Positions 1-11,100 of a stretch of DNA of 64,000 nt are shown piece by piece; position 1 is the stretch's first letter, and each line of letters opens with the position of its first letter. The translations under genes were made by a program, and so were the position numbers. Origin of the DNA: Planctomycetaceae bacterium. GTDB lineage: Bacteria; Planctomycetota; Planctomycetia; Planctomycetales; Planctomycetaceae. The notes under the pieces are model-generated. The model was given only the letters and a program-made list of their open reading frames with translations, made no database searches and was not told where the DNA came from. The stretch covers positions 1 to 64,000 of the forward strand of contig JAGQQG010000018.1 in the NCBI GenBank assembly GCA_020426325.1, written 5' to 3'.

Positions 1-95
1 TTACCCCTCTAGTCGAGAGATCTTGAACAGAGCACGTCGATCGGAAGCTTTCATGATTCAGGAAAGGCTGCTTTGCGAACAGATTCTCCGCTGGT

Positions 96-2560
<2,465 letters not shown>

Positions 2561-2789
2561 GCACTTACGTCGAGTTGACTGCGTCCTTAAGATTCCGCTG
2601 ACGAGCGGATTTGGGTAGACTTTATGGGCATGGCTGGGGAGGGGGTTCATGATTTCCTGCAATTTGATGGCATCTCTCATTGAATCTGCCTAGAATCTCC
2701 GCACCGCAAACGCAGGGCACGGATCGAATCCGAACGACTACGACACGGCTGGGGTCGTGGTGGGTCGACGCCCGCTCGAAGGAGAAAAG

Positions 2790-3872
2790 ATGACTCTGTT
2801 GCGGCCGGAAGGCCTCGCTTTGTCTGACGTCGTGGACGTTGCAGACGATGAAGATCTTTTTGAAATCCTCGACAACGAACGCGTGCTGGCACTGTCTCAC
2901 TTGGGCCCTGGGACAGGCTTTCGCAATGAAGCCGCGATCGTGAAGTCGACGGGAGTCAAGGAACGTCGCATCATGCGGCTGGGCATTTCATCGCTCGATG
3001 TGGCCTTGGCCATTGCGGACCGTCTCCAGTTCGAGATCGGTTTCGACTGGAACGATTGCCCTGCCATCGGCATCTGTCACTCCCATACCGAGCCGCACGC
3101 TTCGCAGGAACTGGTTGATGAGATGTTTGCGGCTTTGGACATCACCAAACCCAAGCCATTCGTGATCAACTTCGGCTGCACTGGCTATCTCAAACTCCTG
3201 AGTTTCGGTGCAGAAGCCTTCAGCCAGATCGAAGGTGATGCACCGATCCCCTTGCTCACGATTGAGACACCCCAGCAATGGCATGACGCGGCCGACCGTG
3301 CTTTCTGCGGAATCATCTCCGCGGGAGCAACCGGAAGCGTTCTCTCCCGCAGCGGCAAGCACGCCCTGAGACAATCAGCCATTCAATCCGTGTCGATTCC
3401 AGAAGAGGATCGAAACTGGGAGACGCTGTTCCACACGGAGACGGGCGACTATCCAGAGTTTGCCGGAGGTTACAGCACTCGGACGGTCATGCGGATGAAC
3501 GGCGAAGCTGTGTTCCGGAATGGTGTCGAACTGATGATCGACGCAGCCCGGAGAGCCATGTCCTGCGTTGATACAACCAACAGACGGGTCCTCGTTGTCC
3601 CGCATCAACCCAGCGGCAAGATGCTCAAGGCGCTGTTCGCAGTGCTGAAAGACGAGTTTCCTGACGCTGTTTATCTGAACAACCTGGAACGGTACGCGAA
3701 CAGCATCTCCTCAACCATCCCGACCGTGCTTGCACATCTGGACGAAGTGCTGGCCGAGCAGGGTCAGCCTCCAGCGCAACAGGGAGACATCATCGTCCTC
3801 CCCGCCGCCGGGATCTGCATGGAGAGTAAGCCAACCAACCTTGCACAGGGTTGGGCCGTTTTGGAGTGGTGA
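2790..3872 (+). CDS. 3-oxoacyl-ACP synthase III (FabH/KAS III)-like thiolase-fold protein
   Basis: ATG at 2790 preceded by RBS GAAGGAGAAAAG; FabH-like blocks (TGVKERRI, INFGCTGYL active-site Cys context, VVPHQPSGKMLKAL, NLERYANSISSTIPTVLA); ORF track start 2757 is GTG. Confidence 0.6.
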   Translation: MTLLRPEGLALSDVVDVADDEDLFEILDNERVLALSHLGPGTGFRNEAAIVKSTGVKERRIMRLGISSLDVALAIADRLQFEIGFDWNDCPAIGICHSHTEPHASQELVDEMFAALDITKPKPFVINFGCTGYLKLLSFGAEAFSQIEGDAPIPLLTIETPQQWHDAADRAFCGIISAGATGSVLSRSGKHALRQSAIQSVSIPEEDRNWETLFHTETGDYPEFAGGYSTRTVMRMNGEAVFRNGVELMIDAARRAMSCVDTTNRRVLVVPHQPSGKMLKALFAVLKDEFPDAVYLNNLERYANSISSTIPTVLAHLDEVLAEQGQPPAQQGDIIVLPAAGICMESKPTNLAQGWAVLEW

Positions 3873-3989
3873 TGTCTCTCCAGCCAATCTCGAGATTGCT
3901 TCGACTGTTGTTCGGAACATCGTGATTTGTCTTTTTGTTGACTCCCGTTCGGTTGTTTTTTAAGCATCCGAAGCGGTATCACGTGTGAG

Positions 3990-5666
3990 ATGTCAGACTC
4001 ATCACCTCATGCGCGACTGCGGGATGATTTCGATCGCGGAAATCCTGTCTGGCAGCGCATCGGGCTGTGGTCGGGACTCGCAGCGTTTGTCTTCGTGATG
4101 GTGCTGCCGGCCCCCGACGGGCTTTCCCCTGCGGCACAGCGACTGGCAGCAGCCACAATGCTGATGGCCATTCTCTGGGTCTCACAGGCAATTCCCATCG
4201 CGGCCACTGCACTCATCCCGCTCGCGATCTATCCGCTCTTGGGGATTCAATCGGCCGGAGATGTTTCGCAGGCCTACGTCAACGCAAACATCTTTCTCTT
4301 TTTCGGCGGGTTCATCTTTGCGCTCGGCATCGAGAAATGGGGACTGCATCGACGAATTGCATTACATGTTGTGTACGTCCTTGGAGGCAGTCCTTCACGG
4401 ATCGTGCTCGGCTTCATGATCGCGACCGCTTTCCTGTCGATGTGGATCAGTAACACAGCCACGACCATGCTTATGCTGCCGATCGCACTCGCATTGCTGC
4501 AGACTCTGGGCGAGGTGTACGCAGCGACCGAAACGTTGGCTTCCGGTCGTCAAGAGATACAGAGGGTACTGTCCCGGCTGGGGACCGGGCTGATGCTGGG
4601 GATCGCCTACTCTGCAAGTTGCGGCGGACTGGCGACTTTGATCGGCACACCGACGAATGTCACATTTCTTGGTCAATGGGGGCAACTTTTCCCCGATGCT
4701 CCGAGCGTGTCGATGGGTGAATGGATGCCCGTGTTTCTGCCGTTGACGTGCATGATGCTGTTCTCGTCTTACCTCGTGCTGACGTGGAAACTCCCGAAGC
4801 ATCTGGGGGAACATAATCCCGGGAGAAGTTTTTTCAGTGCCCGGCTACGAGAGTTGGGGAAACCATCTCACGGAGAAAGGGCGATGCTCATCGTGTTCGT
4901 TGTGACCGCTCTGTTGTGGGTCTTCCGGACGCCTCTCCAGTTTCACGACAGCACCACCGGAGAGAACTGGACACTTCTTCCGGGATGGGGGCCGTGGTAC
5001 GAATCGTTTCTGGTCAACCATTTCCATGCTGACACAGCCATCGCCAAAGGGGCTGTTCATGATGCCACCGTCGCAATGACGATGGCTCTGCTGCTTTTTT
5101 TCCTCTCGGTCAGGACGTCCAAGGGGGGCCGCGAACGACTCATTGACTGGGAGACCGTTGAGCACAAAATGCCATGGGGAATCGTCCTCCTGTTAGGGGG
5201 CGGATTCGCGATCGCAGCTGCATTTAACGAGACAGGCCTGTCCGCATGGCTGGGTGAGTCGCTTGCCCGGTCACTCACGGGAGTCCCGCTGCCGGTGCTT
5301 GTGTGCTGTATCTGCCTGATGATGACGTTTCTAACGGAGTTCACCTCGAACGTTGCGACCGTGAGCACCTTCCTGCCGATTCTTGCAGGCACAGCTGTCA
5401 CGCTGGGGGTCGATCCACGTTTGCTCATGATCCCCGCGACAGTCACGGCCAGTTGTGCGTTCATGCTGCCCATCGCAACTCCTCCCAACGCGATCGTCTT
5501 CGCCAGTGGACAGGTCACGATGGGGCAGATGATGCGGCACGGCCTGATTCTGAATCTACTGGGGGTGAGTTTCGTCACAGCCCTGACATTCTGGGTGCTG
5601 GTTCCCATCATGGGCATCTCACTGGAAAGTCTGCCTGACTGGGCCGTTCTTTCCGTTGATCGATAA
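3990..5666 (+). CDS. DASS/SLC13 family anion:sodium symporter (CitT/sulfate-type permease)
   Basis: 558 aa polytopic membrane protein; DASS-like repeated halves (ILWVSQAIPIAATALIPLAIYPLLGI ... NTATTMLMLPIALAL; C-terminal repeat TSNVATVSTFLPIL...ATPPNAIVF). Confidence 0.8.
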   Translation: MSDSSPHARLRDDFDRGNPVWQRIGLWSGLAAFVFVMVLPAPDGLSPAAQRLAAATMLMAILWVSQAIPIAATALIPLAIYPLLGIQSAGDVSQAYVNANIFLFFGGFIFALGIEKWGLHRRIALHVVYVLGGSPSRIVLGFMIATAFLSMWISNTATTMLMLPIALALLQTLGEVYAATETLASGRQEIQRVLSRLGTGLMLGIAYSASCGGLATLIGTPTNVTFLGQWGQLFPDAPSVSMGEWMPVFLPLTCMMLFSSYLVLTWKLPKHLGEHNPGRSFFSARLRELGKPSHGERAMLIVFVVTALLWVFRTPLQFHDSTTGENWTLLPGWGPWYESFLVNHFHADTAIAKGAVHDATVAMTMALLLFFLSVRTSKGGRERLIDWETVEHKMPWGIVLLLGGGFAIAAAFNETGLSAWLGESLARSLTGVPLPVLVCCICLMMTFLTEFTSNVATVSTFLPILAGTAVTLGVDPRLLMIPATVTASCAFMLPIATPPNAIVFASGQVTMGQMMRHGLILNLLGVSFVTALTFWVLVPIMGISLESLPDWAVLSVDR

Positions 5667-5683
5667 CTGAGGAAGTGAAATCA

Positions 5684-6127
5684 ATGGCCGTTGTGAAGTC
5701 CTGTGGCGTGCTGGTGGTTCGAGGCAACCCGATCAAAGAGTTTCTCCTCATGAAGCACGCAGATCGCTGGGATCTCCCCAAAGGACACATGGACCCGGGC
5801 GAAAGTGAAGTCGAATGTGCGCTGCGGGAACTCGAAGAAGAGACCGGAATTCAGTACGGCGATCTCGAGATGGATGCAAGCTTTCGCTACTGGTCGCGAT
5901 ACACCCTGCCGACGACCGATCGTCGTCATCCGGGACAACGCAAAGACCTGATTATTTTCCTCGCAAGACTGTTGCACGACGTCGAGATTCAAGTCACCGA
6001 ACACCTCGATTACGAGTGGTTTACGTGGCATCCTCCGCATGACATTCAGGAGCAGACCATCAATCCACTCCTCGTTGCGTTGCAGGAACACATCGACAAA
6101 GCCGAAGTTCCTTCAGACGATTCGTGA
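5684..6127 (+). CDS. NUDIX hydrolase
   Basis: Nudix box GHMDPGESEVECALRELEEETGI (Gx5Ex7REUxEExGU); ATG 5684 follows RBS GAGGAAG; ORF track start 5675 is GTG. Confidence 0.85.
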   Translation: MAVVKSCGVLVVRGNPIKEFLLMKHADRWDLPKGHMDPGESEVECALRELEEETGIQYGDLEMDASFRYWSRYTLPTTDRRHPGQRKDLIIFLARLLHDVEIQVTEHLDYEWFTWHPPHDIQEQTINPLLVALQEHIDKAEVPSDDS

Positions 6128-6216
6128 TCCTCGTTGGACCGTGTTCAAGGGGATCGTCACTCACTACGATTCAATCAGCGCCGCATTCAAACTTGTGATT
6201 GTGAAAGGGAGTGAAA

Positions 6217-8037
6217 ATGTCAGCTGATGGTGCAGTTCTCGACCGCATCAAAGTCGCCACAGAGCAGGGTGCACTTTCATCAGGAGCACAGGAAAACCTC
6301 ACACGCTGGCTGACAGAGCCGCAATATTCGGATTATGTCTCCTCCATCGTGAAACTGATTGACGCTGACGAATGGGGCACACTGGATCGACTCTTCTGGG
6401 AAGTCATCCCCTTCGGCACGGGAGGGCGACGCGGGCTCATGGCCGAGTTCGGGTCAGCGACCATCAACCGACGGACCATCGCCGAATCAGCACATGGATT
6501 GGCTGCCTACCTCAAATCACAGGACATCACCGACGGCAACGTCGTCATTGCATACGACACTCGCAATCGCTCACAGGAGTTCGCCCGGCTGACCGCGACC
6601 ACGATTGCCGCTCACGGGTTTCACGTCTTCCTCTTCGGGGAGTACCGGTCGACTCCTGAGCTGTCGTTCGCAGTGCGACATCTCAACTGTCACGCGGGAG
6701 TGATGATCACCGCCTCCCACAACCCGCCCAGCGACAACGGTTTCAAGGCCTACTGGTCGACCGGCGGGCAAGTGCTGCCGCCGCACGATAAGGGCATCAT
6801 CGACTGCGTTTACCAGGCCGGAGAGATTCCGACGATCGACTTCGACGAGGCCGTATCGAGTGGTCGCATCTCTCTCATCGGCGCGGCGGTCGACGATGCC
6901 TATCTCAGCACAGTCGTTGACATGAGTCTGTCCAACATGCGTAACTTACAGGGGCTCTACTCCCCTCTGCACGGTGTCGGAGAGACCGTCTGTTACGAGG
7001 TGTTGCAGCGAGCGGGTTTCGAGGGCATTGCCATTTACGAGCCACATCGACAGCCAAACGGCAACTTCCCGAACGTCGCCGATCACTTTCCCAATCCCGA
7101 ACGGACGGTCATCTTCGAGCCGTTGATCGCTCACGCCAAACAACACGGACAGGACGTGATTCTCGCCTCCGACCCCGATGCGGATCGGCTTGGAGTCTGC
7201 GTGAAGGGGAGCAATGGTGAATATGTCCATCTGACAGGCAATCAGATCGGCAGCCTGATCGCTGACTACATCCTGCGGAAGCGCGATGCGGCCGGGGAAC
7301 TGACGCCAGAGCACTTCGTCGTCGAAACGCTTGTGACCACTCCACTCATCGGAGCAGTCGCCAAATCACATGGGGTCCGTGTCATCGACGATCTGCTCGT
7401 CGGCTTCAAGTACATCGGCCAGACGATGGACGCCGAAGGACCGGACAAGTTTGTCTTCGGAGCGGAAGAGTCGCTCGGCTATCTCGCAGGCACCTATGCC
7501 CGCGACAAGGACGCGGGCATCGCTGCACTCTACCTGTCCGAGTGTGCAGCCGAACTGCGTCAGGGTGGCAAAACGCTGCTTGACCGGCTGGACGAACTCT
7601 ACGTCGAGCACGGCTACTTCTGGGAAGGGCAAACCTCCAAGGTCTGTGAAGGAGCTGAGGGGAGCAAGCAGATCGGACAGATCATCGAGGCCTTCCGCTC
7701 TGGCCCCCCGCAGGAGTTGGCCGGTCTGCCACTGGCATCGGTCCGCGACTTCGGCACCCACGAGGTCCGCTCACTCCCTGCCAACGTCAAGGCCGATGAT
7801 CTGCCCGAGCCGCAGGGCAACCTGTTGTTCTTCGAGACCGCGCCGACCGACGGCATCACCATCCACATCGCCGTCCGCCCCTCAGGCACCGAACCGAAGA
7901 TCAAGTTCTACATGTTCGCCAAGTCAGACGTATCCGGTGCCGAGCAGTTGATGGCTTGCAAGGTGTCGACGTCGACAAAGATGGATCGCGTTCGGGAGTC
8001 GTTGATGGCTTGGATCGACGGGGTACTTTCAAGTTGA
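6217..8037 (+). CDS. alpha-D-phosphohexomutase family (phosphoglucomutase/phosphomannomutase)
   Basis: Active-site phosphoserine loop TASHNPPSDNGFK, Mg-binding loop DPDADRLGV, sugar-binding GEESLG; ATG at 6217 after RBS AAAGGGAG. Confidence 0.85.
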   Translation: MSADGAVLDRIKVATEQGALSSGAQENLTRWLTEPQYSDYVSSIVKLIDADEWGTLDRLFWEVIPFGTGGRRGLMAEFGSATINRRTIAESAHGLAAYLKSQDITDGNVVIAYDTRNRSQEFARLTATTIAAHGFHVFLFGEYRSTPELSFAVRHLNCHAGVMITASHNPPSDNGFKAYWSTGGQVLPPHDKGIIDCVYQAGEIPTIDFDEAVSSGRISLIGAAVDDAYLSTVVDMSLSNMRNLQGLYSPLHGVGETVCYEVLQRAGFEGIAIYEPHRQPNGNFPNVADHFPNPERTVIFEPLIAHAKQHGQDVILASDPDADRLGVCVKGSNGEYVHLTGNQIGSLIADYILRKRDAAGELTPEHFVVETLVTTPLIGAVAKSHGVRVIDDLLVGFKYIGQTMDAEGPDKFVFGAEESLGYLAGTYARDKDAGIAALYLSECAAELRQGGKTLLDRLDELYVEHGYFWEGQTSKVCEGAEGSKQIGQIIEAFRSGPPQELAGLPLASVRDFGTHEVRSLPANVKADDLPEPQGNLLFFETAPTDGITIHIAVRPSGTEPKIKFYMFAKSDVSGAEQLMACKVSTSTKMDRVRESLMAWIDGVLSS

Positions 8038-8105
8038 TCTGAGAATCAGGCGAATACCACAAAATGATCAAGCTCTGCATTCGCTGAATTCGCAAGATTC
8101 GTGGT

Positions 8106-11100
8106 TCATTCCACGGTCGACTCGACATCTTCCTTCTTCTCGGCATCTTCCAGGCGCCGCAGAAGTTTGCCGTAGTCTTTGAGACATTGCTCAATCTGCT
8201 TGCCCAGGTTGTGCAGTTCGGCGCGTTGTTCGTCTGAGCGATCCAGGAGCGGTCGCAGCCAGCCTTCCATGAGTTCAAACTGATGCTCCAACACGTTGAG
8301 AACCGTGCGTGGAATGCGATTGACGACAGTGATTCGTTTCGTCTCAGGATCGCTGCTCATCGGTTCGAGCGGCGTTCGCTGGGCGAAGACGGCCGGATCA
8401 TCAGTAGGAATCATGGGCGACGCTGGCGGCTGAGCGGAACCAGCGAGCGCGGGCAACCCGTCCGGCCACTTCATCTCGATCGGCGGCACCTCCAGCGGCG
8501 GCATGTTGATGGGGCGGTCCGCCAGATGACTAATCTTCTCAACGCCATCGGTGAGCCGATGTGACAACTCCGCAAGATGGGTATTCAACCGCTCGGCCTC
8601 TTCGAGCATCCGCTCTTCACGCGCGCTGGCACCATCCTTCGTGGTGAGTTCGACGACACCGTGAGCCAGCGTCTTGCGGATGGATTCGAGTCCGTCCGCG
8701 AAGGTCGTCAGCGTGGCGATGACCTGTCCCGTCTTGTCATCACTGCCGATGCCCCGCAGTTTCACGTTCTGCTTGTACGTTCGCTTGATGTCATCCCAAC
8801 GCTCTCGATCGCTCTGCGATTGAATGCCCATCAGCTCTTTGAACTTGAGCATGTTCGCTTCGGTACCCGAGGTGAGCGTCTGCGCATCGTTCTGATAGCT
8901 GCTGACGATGAGCGTTTGTAACTCTTCGTCGTTCATCACCGGCAGCACCTTCTCCGCGATGCGATTCATGTTACGGTACGACCCCTGCAACAGAAACGGC
9001 GGCTCGGTCCGGTAGTCATCGTGCTGAGCGGCTGATTCGATGTACGCCCGGTTGACCTTGAGAACGACATCACGCACCCTCATGAGTTTCTGCATAACAG
9101 CGACGAACTCGTTGAGTTCTTCGAGCGCATAGGAGCCTTCAAGATCGATTCCCTCACCGGTCGCCTGTTCTCCCCGCAATGCCCTTTGGGCAATCTTGAT
9201 GACCGCGTAGACGTCTTTTTGCGACCGTGCCGCGAGTTTGGCAAGGATCGGATTCGAGGTGAGCGAGTTTTCGAGGTAACTCATCTCGAACGCGTCGGTG
9301 GAGTCGCCAATGATCTCGCCGAGGTTGTAGATGTCAGCCCGGTTGGCCAGCATGTCGGGGATCTGGAACTTCTCGCCGCTCTCCGTGTACGGGTTACCCG
9401 CCATCACGACGGCTACCTTGCGACCTCGGAAGTCGTATGTCTTCGCCTTCCCCTTGTAGACCCCCTCGACCTTGCGTTGGGCATCACACAGGCTGATGAA
9501 CTTCTGTAACAACTCGGTGTTGCAATGCTGAATGTCGTCGAGATAGATCATCACGTTGTCGCCCATCTCGAAGGCGAGGTTGAGCTTCTCGATCTCCTCA
9601 CGGGCTCCCGCATTAGGGGCAGCAGCCGGGTCGAGCGAAGTCACCTCATGTCCAATGGCCGGCCCGTTGATCTTCATGAAGATGATGCCCAGCCGATTGG
9701 CGATGTACTCCATCAGCGTCGTTTTGCCATAACCGGGCGGCGAGATGAGCAGCAGCAGCCCCTGACGATCGGTCCGCTTGTCGGCGCCGGCTGTGCCGAT
9801 TTGTTTCGCGAGGTTGTCGCCGATCAGTGGCAGATAAACCTGATCGATGAGACGGTTCCGCACGAAGGATGTGAGCACGCGTGGCTGAAACTCCGTCAGC
9901 TTCATCTCCTCGCGAGCCTCGTCGACGACACGGGTCTTGAGCTCGTGATACGAACGATACGCTGGCACTGTCAGCCGCTCAAAGCGTTCCAGCCGCTCCA
10001 TGAAACGGTTGAACTGCAAGTTGTACGTACCGCTATCAATGATCGGATGAGTGCCGACGAGATTCTTCAATGTGCACGACATGTCGGTCCCGATGACGGC
10101 ATCACGGTTGATGTCACCGGAGATCAACAAGGCCGCAACCTCGTCAACATGATCTCGCGCAGGCGAGCGGGGGGTGTTAACCCCCTGTCTGTTGACCTGA
10201 TTGCCTTCGTTCAATCCCGGTTCTTCTGACGTCTGTCCGTCTTCCGCGACAGGGGACTGACGTCCTCCGCTCGCCATGGTGACATACGCGCTCACCCAGT
10301 CACGGGCCAGTTCGAAGGCTGCATCCTGATTTCGCTGCACGGCCTTCAATGATTCTGAGAATCGTTCACTGGCACTGAGAGAACTGAGATGTTGATGAAA
10401 ACCGTCGTGCAGTTGAATAGCCGTCCTGGCAATAACGAAGATGTCTCCCGCAGTGCTCAGTTCATGGAACAAGTACGTCGCCGCCTCGTCGAGCAGAGAC
10501 TCGTCCGCGTCCTCGAAGAGACCGGACGTGGCGATGAACTCGCCCAGCATCTCTCGCAGTTCGCGGGTGTACTCCAACTGCTGAGCTGTACCGGGGAACA
10601 GCGTGGCGATTTGACCGAAGCCCGAAAGCTTGGAAGCCATCAGTTTCTTGTCAGCGACCCGTCCGAAGTGATGCCAGTAGACATTCGCAATCGCCCGGGC
10701 ACGGGACGAGTACCGCAACAATCCGCAAGTCGCATCGATATCAAGCAAAGCCCGCAGGATGATCGCCGCATCGTGATCGTGGACCCCCTTGGTGTAACCC
10801 TCGGAATAGCGAGGCCCCATGAACTTCTGGACAAGTGTCAACAATGGCGAGCGGGGGGTGTCAACCCCCTGGTTCTCGCGGTCGCTGCTTGGTGACGACT
10901 CAAGTCCGTCTCGCGTCAGCGAATCTCCCCCGACAGGGGACTGACGTCCCCCGCTCGCCTTGAGCATCTGATAGGCGAGATATTCGGCCCGATACACCTC
11001 GCGGTTTTCGCTGATGACCTCCATGGACCACACGTCGCGGGTGGCGTTGAGGATCTCGGACTCGATGACTTCGAAGAAATCGGTACCGGTGAGATGCAGG

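Noticed and set aside
2700-2745. GGATCGAATCC motif resembling a tRNA T-loop in the ligA-fabH intergenic region
   Set aside because: No complementary acceptor stem or anticodon arm could be built around it, so it is not a tRNA.
9525-10229. Long antisense ORFs opposite the giant gene (9525-10229, 10389-10895, 11304-11996, 12309-13406 on +)
   Set aside because: These are typical high-GC antisense open frames. They lie entirely inside the well-supported minus-strand CDS and show no motifs; the GGVNP peptides in two of them are just the reverse translation of the palindromic elements.
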